Source of the DNA: Candidatus Saccharimonadota bacterium
GTDB lineage: Bacteria > Patescibacteriota > Saccharimonadia > Saccharimonadales > JAQGHD01
Assembly: GCA_028288965.1 (NCBI GenBank)
Contig: JAQGHD010000025.1
Coordinates: 1-63,161, forward strand
DNA length: 63,161 nt
Direction of reading: 5' to 3'
Position numbers and translations under genes: made by a program
Shown: positions 17,015-27,000 of the stretch, piece by piece
Position numbering within the stretch: position 1 is the stretch's first letter
Layout of the letters: each line of letters starts with the position of its first letter
Notes under the pieces: generated by a model
What the model was told of the DNA's origin: nothing
Database searches by the model: none
What the model saw: only the letters and a program-made list of their open reading frames with translations

Positions 17015-19078
17015 ATGGCTAAAAAACAAACTATGAAACCAAAATCTAAATCAAAATCCAAGAAAAAATCATTTAATCTTAGAGCTCAAAGAAAGTTATT
17101 GGGCGTTATATTTGTATTGCTGGTGGCGCTGATTGGTGTTTACCTGTTAACTCGCGGCAAGGCCATTACGGGTACTCCGGAGAAATTTGGAGTTAATGTT
17201 GGCCACACCGTGTTATATACCGATGACACCGCCCTCTTTAACAAAGAAATGGATGATTTCAAAACCATGGGTGTTCGTTGGCTCAGAGCAGACTTTAGTT
17301 GGTCGGTGCTGCAGCCTAGTCCAACCAGTTACAACCTAGCCAAACAAGATCGTTTTGTAAACGCCGCCTATGCTCGGGGGCTGAAAGTACTCGGCATCAT
17401 CGACTACACGCCGCAATGGGCCACGCTCGGCGGCAGTAGTAGTGACAAAACCGAACCAGCCGACGATAAGTTGGATGACTATGCTAACTTTGCCGGCACC
17501 TTGGCTAGTCGCTACAAGGGCAAAGTTGACGCTTGGGAGATTTGGAATGAGCCAAACGGTAAGACTTTTTGGTCACCAAAGCCGAACCCAGTAAAATATA
17601 CCGCCATGCTAAAGCTGGCCTATACCAGTATTCATGCTGCTAATAGTTCAGCTACGGTAATGACTGGCGGTCCACAAGCTGCCTACACTGACCCAGTAGC
17701 AGCTACCATTAGTCCGATTGATTGGCTCAGTGCCATCTACAGCAACGGTGGCAAAGGTTACTTTGATGCGGTGGCCTGGCACCCTTATACCGATAACTAC
17801 ACACCTCCTGGTGCCACTGGTGATGATGTTTGGAGTTCTTGGCGTCAGGCTGGTTTATCGCAACCAAAAAGTGCCGTCAGTATTATGGCCGCCAATGGTG
17901 ACAGCGCCAAAAAAGTCTGGGGTACCGAAGACGGAGCCTACACTGCCAATGGTTCTCACCCTCTTACCGAAGTCCAACAAGCCAGTTATCTCACGGCAAC
18001 CTATAATCTATGGCAAGGCTATAGTTGGTCAGGGCCACTGTTCTGGTACAGCTATCATGACCAAGGCGATAACTTTGGTCTCAAAAACGCCAACGACACG
18101 CCAAAGCTTGCCTATCAGGCATACATCAATGCTGTGAATGCCACCTTACCGCCCCCTCCTCCTTCAGACACCCAAGCACCAACAAATGTTGCTGTGGCTG
18201 TACCAACCGCCAATAGTACGGTCAGTGGCAAGGATGTTGTCTTAAGTTCCTCGGCACTGGATAACGTTGCTGTGACTAAACTAGAATACTATCGTGACAG
18301 TGGCCAGTATATTGGTCTCGGTGCCTATTCTGCCCAATTTGGTTACTACTATCACTGGGACTCCACGACAGTTAACGACGGAACCTATAAGTTGTATGCC
18401 AAGGCTTATGACGCAGCTAACAATGTTACCGCTAGCCCAACCATAGCTTTGAACGTAAAAAACACTACTCCACCGCCTTCGGATACCACGCCACCAACAG
18501 CCTCCATTGCTACGCCATCAACCGGTACCTCGGTTTCTGGTACCACTGTACTCAGTAGCGCGGCCTCAGATAACGTCGGGGTCACAAAAGTGGATTACAT
18601 AGCAGATACCAGCACCACGCCTATCGGCATCGCCACGCCAAGCGTTAACTATGGCTGGTTCTTGAACTGGGACACCCTATCGGTGGGCAATGGTCGCCAC
18701 ACTATTACGGCACGAGCCTATGATCAAGCTGGCAATGTCGGCAAAAGTGCAACTATTACGCTTGTTGTTAATAACATAGTGCCGGATACTCAGCCGCCGT
18801 CTTCCCCCACCATTACCGGTACTGACAAAAAAGCTCGATCCTTTACGCTAACGTGGAGTGCAAGCAGTGACAATGTAGGCCTCAGCCGTTACCAAGTCTA
18901 TGTCAACACTCAGTTAGTTGGTCAAACCACTGCCACTACCTTCACTATTGACAATCTGGCCCGCTGGACTACCTATTCAGTGAAGATTGTTGCCGTAGAT
19001 ACGGCCGGCAATCAGTCGCTGCCCACCAGCATTACCCTGCAAACGCGCTTTATCCGAATACTCTGGTTCAATCTCTAA
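17015..19078 (+). CDS. Secreted or anchored glycoside hydrolase (GH5-like TIM barrel) with C-terminal Ig-like repeats and an Fn3 domain.
   Basis: 'WEIWNEPN' is a GH5-type acid/base motif. Three ~90-aa repeats of 'SGKDVVLSSSALDNVAVTKLEYY...' follow, then an Fn3-like terminal domain. N-terminal signal-anchor. Confidence 0.65.
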   Translation: MAKKQTMKPKSKSKSKKKSFNLRAQRKLLGVIFVLLVALIGVYLLTRGKAITGTPEKFGVNVGHTVLYTDDTALFNKEMDDFKTMGVRWLRADFSWSVLQPSPTSYNLAKQDRFVNAAYARGLKVLGIIDYTPQWATLGGSSSDKTEPADDKLDDYANFAGTLASRYKGKVDAWEIWNEPNGKTFWSPKPNPVKYTAMLKLAYTSIHAANSSATVMTGGPQAAYTDPVAATISPIDWLSAIYSNGGKGYFDAVAWHPYTDNYTPPGATGDDVWSSWRQAGLSQPKSAVSIMAANGDSAKKVWGTEDGAYTANGSHPLTEVQQASYLTATYNLWQGYSWSGPLFWYSYHDQGDNFGLKNANDTPKLAYQAYINAVNATLPPPPPSDTQAPTNVAVAVPTANSTVSGKDVVLSSSALDNVAVTKLEYYRDSGQYIGLGAYSAQFGYYYHWDSTTVNDGTYKLYAKAYDAANNVTASPTIALNVKNTTPPPSDTTPPTASIATPSTGTSVSGTTVLSSAASDNVGVTKVDYIADTSTTPIGIATPSVNYGWFLNWDTLSVGNGRHTITARAYDQAGNVGKSATITLVVNNIVPDTQPPSSPTITGTDKKARSFTLTWSASSDNVGLSRYQVYVNTQLVGQTTATTFTIDNLARWTTYSVKIVAVDTAGNQSLPTSITLQTRFIRILWFNL

Positions 19079-19084
19079 AATAGT

Positions 19085-19116
19085 TAAGAGGTCCCTCAAC
19101 CTAAGAGACCTCTTAA
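19085..19116. terminator. Perfect 10-bp inverted repeat TTAAGAGGTC / GACCTCTTAA with a 12-nt loop, between convergent genes.
   Basis: Read from sequence. An A-run follows. Confidence 0.5.
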
Positions 19117-19136
19117 AACTCGTCCTAACAGATTTG

Positions 19137-19718
19137 TTAACGCCGAGCGGCCCGGACAGGCGTGCTAGGCACCACGGCCAAGATATCCAGCGCCAAGGCT
19201 ATCAATAGCGGCCCGCTAATCAAAGCGTATAACCCCAGTAGCCAGACAAAGGCCACGCCACTGGTTTCTGGCTGGAACAGTACAACCACACCAACTATGG
19301 CAGCCAGTAAACCGGCCAATACCATAAGGGTGCGAGCAGTGGCACTGCCGCCATCAAACAAGGCTGCCACAATCTCAAAGACGCCCCGGACAATCAACAT
19401 GAAGCCAATCAGGATAATCAGTGTCACGAACGATACTCCCGGGTGACGTAGCAAGTACACACCGACGCCAATTTCTAAGGCCCCCAGTACCGTAGTTAAG
19501 GCTCTAAGCGGCAATGAGACACTGCGCTTACTTAATTGATGTAAACTCCCCACTAAGTTGACCAATCCGTTTGCCAGCACAAAAGCGCTGAACAAGTAGA
19601 CCAGTGTGACCAAGGTTAATCCTGGCCAAAAAACAGCGGCTGCTCCGAACAAAATGGCCGCCACGCCCCGCACAACCAAGGCGCCACCTATGCGCCTGGC
19701 TTCAGCTTGAGCATCCAT
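19137..19718 (-). CDS. HdeD-family (DUF308) acid-resistance-type membrane protein.
   Basis: Repeated 'LGxxLIxxGxxxI' TM pairs. A paralog lies at 59999..60691. Confidence 0.65.
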   Translation of the reverse strand: MDAQAEARRIGGALVVRGVAAILFGAAAVFWPGLTLVTLVYLFSAFVLANGLVNLVGSLHQLSKRSVSLPLRALTTVLGALEIGVGVYLLRHPGVSFVTLIILIGFMLIVRGVFEIVAALFDGGSATARTLMVLAGLLAAIVGVVVLFQPETSGVAFVWLLGLYALISGPLLIALALDILAVVPSTPVRAARR

Positions 19719-19937
19719 ATACCCTCCTTATGCACGTCCACCATGCGCGCCGATTATTAATAGGCTTATCGTTACGCTTTCTGTATAAAATGTCAATAAG
19801 CTTGTGGAAAACTCTCGTGAAAAATCAATGCGTCGGCAAAAACGCCTGGTTTGTCACTCGGCTGTGGAAAATTTAACAGATTAAATTTGCTAAGTTTTTT
19901 AAAATAGAGGTGCCAAGTAACTAAGCGGAGGCATTTC

Positions 19938-20072
19938 ATGGAAGAATTTATACATAACTTGAAGAAAAAATTTAATGATGTTGAAAATAAGGCTTACGAG
20001 TTAAAGGGCCGAGCTAAGCAACGGAAAAAAGATCAGGATATGCTCGACGACACCGATCAAATGAATTTCTAA
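19938..20072 (+). CDS. Possible small protein (44 aa, MEEFIHNLKKKFNDVENKAYELKGRAKQRKKDQDMLDDTDQMNF).
   Basis: GGAGG lies 7 nt upstream of the ATG. It sits in a 510-bp intergenic region. Confidence 0.25.
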   Translation: MEEFIHNLKKKFNDVENKAYELKGRAKQRKKDQDMLDDTDQMNF

Positions 20073-20228
20073 ACGTTTACAGCTATTTAGACGTCCGAGA
20101 TAGCTCGTCTCCTGAAACTGAACATGTCCTTAATAGGATTGAATAATCTGTACAAAGGTTGCATTCATGGCCTCTTTCAGGTATATTTCAGTTATTAAGC
20201 ATAAACACTAAAAAATAAGAGAAAACAT

Positions 20229-22184
20229 ATGCCTGCTAAGAAGGTAACCAAAAGAAAAAAATCAACAAGAGCCTCAAAAAATCGTTTTGGGCTGTCATCA
20301 CGTTTTAGTAACAAGTCATCAATATTATTCCTGATCCTCATCCCGGTTGTTGGGATTGTCACCTTAATTACCGTGAATGCTGCCGGACAAGGGGTAGCGT
20401 CGGTTAAAGATGGTGATTGGAATGATCCAACTGTCTGGGCCAGCGGCAAAGTCCCTGATCGCCAAACGCAGGCGGTGATTAAAAATAAAGTCACGTGTAC
20501 GGCCGCCGAACCAGAAGTCGGCGGGGTGGCTATTCAACCAGAAGGTACGCTGACCTATGATCCCAATAGTAACTGCACCATATTGTCTAACAAGAACGTG
20601 ATTGTCCAGGGTTTGCTGACTATGCAGCCAGCTAACGCCAGTTTGAGCCACGTTTTGCAGTTTGTTGGTGTTGATACTAGTAAATTTGTTGGTGGCGGCT
20701 CAGTACCGCTGGATAGCGATGTGGGCCTCTGGGTCATTGATGCTGGCCAGTTACAGGCGGCCGGTACACCAAAAACCTCTTGGACTACAGTGGCCACTGA
20801 TATTAAAAAAGGCCAAACTGCCATTCGCCTAAAAGATAGTCCGACTGGTTGGCAAGTTGGTGATTCAGTCTTTATTAGCCCCACCCAACCACCGACCGGT
20901 GGCGTTGGTAAAGATAATTACCGAGGCTTTGACGAAGGCGTGATTGCTGCCACCGATGGTAGTTCGCTCACGCTTGACACACCTACTACCCTGCCTCACC
21001 CCAAGGTTAACAATCAGTGGACAGCCGAAGTCGGTAATTTGACGCGTAACGTCAAAATCGAAGGCACGCCTACCGGCTACACACACGTCTTTATGCACTC
21101 CACAAAACCCCAAGTTCTGAACTACACCGAACTACGCTATGTGGCTCCCGACCCAACGAACACCAACCCACGTTCCGATCGATCTGGACGCTACGCGGTT
21201 CACTTTCACCTAAGTCAAGAAGGCAGCCGCGGCTCAACCATTATTGGCACGGCAGTGCACGACGCCAATAACCACGTATTTGTGGCCCACGCCAGCAACG
21301 GCATCACGTTCAAAGACGATGTGTCGTATAACACCCAAGAAGATGCCTTTTGGTGGGATCCGCACAACAAAGACCACACCATTCCTACCTTTGACACAAT
21401 GGTAGATCACATGCTCGTTGCCAAAGTTCGTCCCCAAAAAGGCAGTGGCGGCACGCGTATGGCCGCTTACCGCATGGGCTTTGGGGACCGCAACACCATG
21501 ACAAATTCCGTTGCCGTAGGCGTTGACGCTGGTAATGAGTCTTCAGGCTATTTCTGGGATGATAACGAGGGCGCCAGTGGCGTCTGGAAGTTTCAGAATA
21601 ACCTGTCACATAACAACCACGAGCAAGGCCTGTTTGTCTGGCAAAACACCGCCAATAATCATAAGATCGAAAACTTTACCGCCTACCACAACACCGGTAA
21701 GGGTGTTGATCACGGGGCCTACTACAATAACTTCAGCTACAGCAACCTCGTGTTATTTGGCAATGCTCAAGCCGGTCTATTAGAGCGGGCCGTCGCTGGT
21801 GACGGTAAACGGCAACCATCCTTCACGAATGTGAACATTGATGGCGCTGGCTTGTCCGATTACGCCATTATTGATGGCGGACATAACTTTGATGCTCGCT
21901 CTGCGGTCGTCATGACCAATGTTACCGCCAAGAATTACACCAAAGCAGCTGTCTACATGAAACTTACCTCCCAACAGAAAAGTCCTGGGTGGATAGATTT
22001 GGTCAATTCTGACCTAGGAGCCGGCAATAATTTCTACTTTGACGATGGTCTAAACTCCGCCACCATTGTCCGGGTGCTTTCAACCGGCAAAGCCGCACGA
22101 GGCCTTAGTTACGAAGTCCATCCCAAAGACTTTGCTAAAGGTCAACTGGTGCCCGCCTGGAATGCCCGTAAACTAACAAAATAG
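20229..22184 (+). CDS. Secreted G8-like / right-handed parallel beta-helix protein. Possible polysaccharide lyase or hydrolase.
   Basis: Signal-anchor. 'SVKDGDWNDPTVWASGKVPDRQTQAVIKNKVTCT' is G8-domain-like. Asn/Gly-rich beta-helix-type repeats follow. Confidence 0.55.
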   Translation: MPAKKVTKRKKSTRASKNRFGLSSRFSNKSSILFLILIPVVGIVTLITVNAAGQGVASVKDGDWNDPTVWASGKVPDRQTQAVIKNKVTCTAAEPEVGGVAIQPEGTLTYDPNSNCTILSNKNVIVQGLLTMQPANASLSHVLQFVGVDTSKFVGGGSVPLDSDVGLWVIDAGQLQAAGTPKTSWTTVATDIKKGQTAIRLKDSPTGWQVGDSVFISPTQPPTGGVGKDNYRGFDEGVIAATDGSSLTLDTPTTLPHPKVNNQWTAEVGNLTRNVKIEGTPTGYTHVFMHSTKPQVLNYTELRYVAPDPTNTNPRSDRSGRYAVHFHLSQEGSRGSTIIGTAVHDANNHVFVAHASNGITFKDDVSYNTQEDAFWWDPHNKDHTIPTFDTMVDHMLVAKVRPQKGSGGTRMAAYRMGFGDRNTMTNSVAVGVDAGNESSGYFWDDNEGASGVWKFQNNLSHNNHEQGLFVWQNTANNHKIENFTAYHNTGKGVDHGAYYNNFSYSNLVLFGNAQAGLLERAVAGDGKRQPSFTNVNIDGAGLSDYAIIDGGHNFDARSAVVMTNVTAKNYTKAAVYMKLTSQQKSPGWIDLVNSDLGAGNNFYFDDGLNSATIVRVLSTGKAARGLSYEVHPKDFAKGQLVPAWNARKLTK

Positions 22185-22294
22185 CTTTTGCAAAGCAGTT
22201 CGGTCTAGTCCCCATAAACTGAAATAATTGGTTTTACAGATTCGTATGAATTTGACATAAAGCTTTAATACTACAATAAGTAGTATCTGCAAAA

Positions 22295-22334
22295 CCTGGC
22301 TCTCGGTAGTGATGGAAGTTAGAACTAAGCTTTT
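22295..22334. repeat. Direct repeat copy B: cassette right-end arm plus a degenerate tRNA-Asn 3' core (cctggctctcggtagtgatggaagttagaactaagctttt).
   Basis: About 30 of 36 positions match copy A (23071-23107). Provides the stop codon of the VOC gene. Confidence 0.55.
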
Positions 22335-22741
22335 GGATTGAAGTCGGAACTCATCCAGACAGGTTCCCACTGGTTGCCATCCAGATCCAACACCTCGTAG
22401 CCAAACATCATATCCTGCGGTACGCCCATATCTACTTGATAGTAGTCACCACCATTCTTCTTCGCAGTGTCGGCAAATTGCTGCACCGCATCTTTTGATT
22501 CAAGTGACAATGCAAGTAACACGCCGCTTGTTTTTATGGGATCGGCCACATCTTTACCTCGGAGGAACTTTTTATAAAAATCATGGGTTAAAAGCATTAC
22601 AAAAATTTCATCAGACCACTTCATGCCGCTAGCGTTTTCGTCAGAAAAGTCCGGCTGCTTAACAAATCCCAATGCTTCGTAAAAAGCCGTGGCTTTGGCC
22701 AAGTCCGAAATAGGTATGTTTATAAAAACTTGTTTAGACAT
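22325..22741 (-). CDS. VOC-family protein (glyoxalase / bleomycin-resistance / dioxygenase fold).
   Basis: 'MSKQVFINIPISDLAKATAFYEALGF' is the VOC N-terminal beta-alpha-beta-beta-beta motif. 138 aa. Confidence 0.7.
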   Translation of the reverse strand: MSKQVFINIPISDLAKATAFYEALGFVKQPDFSDENASGMKWSDEIFVMLLTHDFYKKFLRGKDVADPIKTSGVLLALSLESKDAVQQFADTAKKNGGDYYQVDMGVPQDMMFGYEVLDLDGNQWEPVWMSSDFNPKA

Positions 22742-22807
22742 GTATCATCCTTCACTATTTTTTACAGTTTAATTGTTTAATAAAACAAAAACAATACAAA
22801 ATTAGAA

Positions 22808-23017
22808 TTAAGATTTATCGTTTAAGTACTTGCTAGCAACACTTAAAGCGAACGAAGGCAGTATGATAAAAACGGTTATGAATAAAAGTCTTATGAGTAC
22901 TTTGCTAAGCGCGGAGTCTTGCTTGTCCGGACCTGAGCCCGTCAAAACGACTAAAATCCCCAGAATACCGAAGACAATCGACGCATAAGTGAACACTTGT
23001 GTAGCTCTTTTTTGCAT
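22808..23017 (-). CDS. Small two-TM hypothetical protein.
   Basis: The ORF could extend to 23107, but those extra N-terminal residues would be encoded by repeat copy A. I prefer the internal Met start (MQKRATQVF...). Confidence 0.4.
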   Translation of the reverse strand: MQKRATQVFTYASIVFGILGILVVLTGSGPDKQDSALSKVLIRLLFITVFIILPSFALSVASKYLNDKS

Positions 23018-23055
23018 ATTTTTAGTATACCAAACAAAAACACTGTGCTTGCGCA

Positions 23056-23110
23056 AAGTGCTTATGCTTGGCTCCGCGTAGTGATGGAAGTTGGAACTAA
23101 ACTTCAAAAG
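23056..23110. repeat. Direct repeat copy A: cassette right-end arm, then a copy of the tRNA-Asn 3' end (cttggctccg), then the 13-nt downstream flank.
   Basis: aagtgcttatGcttggctccg matches 23763-23783 at 20 of 21 positions. The gtagtgatggaagttggaactaa part matches copy B. Confidence 0.6.
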
Positions 23111-23111
23111 T

Positions 23112-23759
23112 TTAAGATTCTGCAGGAATCAACAAACCACTTTCCATTGTGAGTTGCGTTGCTGCGTTTATAACTTCATTTGCCTCCTGAATAAAAGGCT
23201 CTTTTCTATAATAATCAGCACCTCCAACAAAGCCTAAGTGTTGTCCTTTGTCGCTGTAATCTGAAACTTCAATATCATATGGAATTTTAGCGCGATTAGG
23301 ATGATGAGTTTTAAGCACATTTACTCGCATTTGTGCATTGTCAACTGGCTGGCTGACCCACAGTCGCTCTCTTGGGTAACTATCAGGACTAGAATCTGTA
23401 TTGCGAAAAACACGCAACCATTTTCCCGAACCAAGCACTACCGTAAGCTCTCGCCCCATTGGTATACCTTCTACCGGACACATATCCATAGTTCCTACGG
23501 CGTACGCAATTGAAGCGTCAACTGAAGGGTGTGGCGCTTGCGGATACACACCATCAAATAACTCAATAGCTCTCCCCATAAGACTTTTAAGGGCTGGCTG
23601 GAGTTGCGTTAACCGTTCTTGCATAGCCGAGAAGCTACTGTCAACGTCGATCGGTAATAAATATCTTTCCAAAGATGTGTTGCTCATAATGTCTCCAATG
23701 TCATTAAATACATTACTCTTAAAGGATGCAAGCATGAGTAAAATAAAAAAGCACCTCAT
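23112..23759 (-). CDS. Hypothetical protein encoded in an AT-rich cassette.
   Basis: 215-aa ORF. Start may be the internal Met (MSNTSLERYLLPIDVD...). No recognisable motif. Confidence 0.5.
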   Translation of the reverse strand: MRCFFILLMLASFKSNVFNDIGDIMSNTSLERYLLPIDVDSSFSAMQERLTQLQPALKSLMGRAIELFDGVYPQAPHPSVDASIAYAVGTMDMCPVEGIPMGRELTVVLGSGKWLRVFRNTDSSPDSYPRERLWVSQPVDNAQMRVNVLKTHHPNRAKIPYDIEVSDYSDKGQHLGFVGGADYYRKEPFIQEANEVINAATQLTMESGLLIPAES

Positions 23760-23775
23760 TTAAAGTGCTTATACT

Positions 23776-23850
23776 TGGCTCCGGAGGCCGGATTCGAACC
23801 GGCAACCTTAGCGTTAACAGCGCTCTGCTCTACCGTTGAGCTACTCCGGA
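23776..23850 (-). tRNA. tRNA-Asn (anticodon GTT), CCA encoded.
   Basis: Acceptor TCCGGAG/CTCCGGA. U8. D arm GCTC-AACGGTA-GAGC. Anticodon loop CTGTTAA. T arm GCCGG-TTCGAAT-CCGGC. Discriminator G. Confidence 0.85.
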
Positions 23851-24006
23851 TTAGTACCCCGCCAACAGTCTCCTTTCGGCGGGGACCCCTGACGCAATAC
23901 CACGGCATTATAGCTAAAAGCAGGCTGGCTTACAATCTGGTAATAAGGTGTGCATAAAGAGTAAACAAATCAATAGCGGTTTGCTAGAATAAGAACAGAG
24001 TAAAAC

Positions 24007-27000
24007 ATGAGGGTAAAAAAGCCGAACATAAACAAGGCGAGTATTGGTAAGCTATTAGATCAACTACGCCACTATTGGACGGCTACTGCGCTGCCCTTTC
24101 TCTTGAAAGCCTTCAAAAAATTCCGGCACCAGGGCATTCGGATCAGCAAACGTGTTGCCCGGTTTACCTGGAAGCATACCAAGCAGACTTCCCTCTTTTT
24201 GCATCGGCATGGTGCTAGGCGGCCGCATTCGTATCTGCGGAACAAATGGAAATGGTATGACCGGTGGCATGAATGGCAGTATCACCAGCATGTCCATACA
24301 GCTATTGCAGCTGTATATGTGCTTATTGTTGGCTCAATTATTTTTGTGGCCTATCAAAAAACTTTTGCTACTCCCGATCTAACTGATACCTGGGATTTCA
24401 CAGCTTCATCTAATTACACCTTTGATAGCGGTGCCGAAGCCAGCGGCAGTACCGCCCGGCTCAAGGCTCAAAACTATACGAGTGATAGCAACACCAAAGC
24501 CTTGTATCACTTTGATAGTAATTCTGGTACCACGGCCACCGATAGCTCAGTAAATGGTAATAATGCCACTACCACTGGCTCGCCTTCGTGGGTGGCGGGC
24601 CAACTCAATAATGCGATAAGTCTTAATGGTTCTACCCAGTGGTTGAGCGCCCCCGATACGGCCTCATTGTCACTGAGCCAGCCCAACACGCTGGAAGCTT
24701 GGGTAAAGTTTGGCTCCAGCTTTTCAGGCAGTAGTCACGATGGCGACCAGGTAATTTTAGACAAAGGTGCCTACAAACTGTATTACGATCACACCTCAGG
24801 CAAAATCAACTATGAAATGGCTAAGTCAACTGCCACCACCTGGACGGCTCGAGCCGGCAATGACATTAACGGCAGTTGGGATACCAGCGGCAAAGATTCC
24901 GTGCTGAGCCAAGCAGTCATTGGCAGCAATATTTATGCTGGGCTTGGCACTGGTAGTGGTGACGCCGAGGTCTGGAAATGGACTGGCAGTTCCTGGTCAA
25001 TAATTGGCGGTGACGGTATTAATTCCAGCTGGGATAAAAACCATGAAGCGGTTGATTCAATGTATGCCAACGGAACAATTTTGTACGTTGGGCTGGGATC
25101 AACCTTAAATGCTGATGCTGAAGTGTGGAGCTGCGATACTAGCACCAACTGCACCACCTGGACCAAGATTGGCGGTGACAATGTAAACAGTAGCTGGGGT
25201 GATACTTCCGATGTCTATTCTTTATGGTACGGCAACATAGGCGCCGGTAATTTCTTGTATGCCGGTCTCGGCAGCAGCGCTGTTAATGGTGATGGTGATT
25301 TGTGGCGCTGCACGCCATCTGGCGCAACGTGTTCTACGTGGACAAAAATCGGTGGCGATAACCTCAACAGCGGTTGGGCAAACGGCAACGAAGCAGTCTA
25401 TGCCATTAACTACGATGGTACGGGCCTGGTGGTCGGCCTGGGTAACACCGGAACTGATGGCCAAGTGTATCGCTGGAACGGCACGGCTTGGACAAAAATG
25501 GGCGGCGGCGGTTCAGCCGTCAATGCCAGCTGGAGTTCAGGTATTAATTCTGTCCACGCTATCACGGTGTTTGGAGGTAATATCTACGTTGCTACAGGTG
25601 ATGATAACGGTGATGCCGAAATTTGGAAGAGTTCTACCGCCGCCTATAGCTGGGTCAAAATTGGTGGCGACAATATCAACTCCGGCTGGGCTGGGACCAC
25701 CGATAAAATAGCCTATAGCCTAGCCAATGACGGCACCAACGTTTACGCCGCCGTTGATACGACAGCCTGGAAATGGAATGGGACGGCCTGGTCGCAAATA
25801 GCTGGTGGTAGTATAAATGGCAGCTGGAGTGCCGGGTTATCACTCAACTCGTTGATGTTTAGTGGTTCAACTCTGTACGGTGGGCTCCATGATGCCTTGA
25901 CGTTTGGGACATATGGTACTTCTGGAGAGTGGACCTTCAACGGTACGACTTGGACGAAAATTGGTGGTGATTACATGAATAACAGCTGGTCGTCCGAAGT
26001 GTATAGCCAAGTAAGCAGCATGGCGACCTATAACGGTAGTTTGTATGCCGGCGTCAGCACCCATGGTGGTACCCTGGGTAAATCAAACGTCTTTAAGTAC
26101 GACGGTACCAGCTGGAGCGTGGTGGGCGGTAGCGGACTGAATTCCTCGTGGACAAGTGGCTTTGGTGGTTTGTACGGCGAGATCTATGCCTTGATAGAGT
26201 ATAAAGGCAATCTGTATGCGGGTATCTCTGGTGCAAACGGTGGCAGCGGCGAGCTATGGAAATACGATGGTACTACCTGGAGCAAAGTTGGCGGCGATGG
26301 CGTTAACTCCAGCTGGGCCGATCTTACTTATGAATCGGTACAATCCTTGGCGGTGTATAACGGCAACTTATATGCTGGATTGGGAATAAGTCCTGGTGAT
26401 GCTGAGCTATGGAAATACGACGGCACCACCTGGAGCAGAGTTGGTGGCGATGGCATTAACTCCAGCTGGACAAATCTTACCTATCAGACAGTGCAGTCGC
26501 AGACAGTCTATAAGGGAAAGCTGTATGTGGGACTGGGTAATGGCAGCAATACGTTGGCCAGAGTTTGGAGCTATGACGGTACAAACTGGGTAGCGGTCGG
26601 CGGTAATTCTATTAACAGCTCGTGGGGATCTGGCCCAACGGAAGTTGACTCACTAGTAGCCTATAACGGCGACTTGTATGCTGGTTTGGGTAGCTCGCTA
26701 GCTACCGGTAGTACTGAAGTCTGGAAATACAATGATGTCAGTAACACGTGGACACGCATTGGCGGTGCCAGCCTGAATGCCAGTTGGTCGTCCGCCAGTA
26801 CCTATATCAGCGTAAAAGCCCTAACGGTTTATAATGGTGAATTATATGCCGGCATAGGCGGCTCGACTATTAACAGTGATGGTTCAGTTTGGAAATACAA
26901 TGGTTCAGTGTGGAGCCAAGTCGGCGGTAATGATCTAAACGGCGGCTGGTCCACAACGGATAATCTTGAATCGATAGGCACCTTAACCGTATTTAATGGC

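Noticed and set aside
19719-20228. Looked for CRISPR-like or regulatory repeats in the 510-bp gap (the 9-mer TGTGGAAAA occurs twice, 58 bp apart)
   Set aside because: Only two short copies and no regular spacing, so it is not a CRISPR array. It may be an operator, but the evidence is too thin to call.
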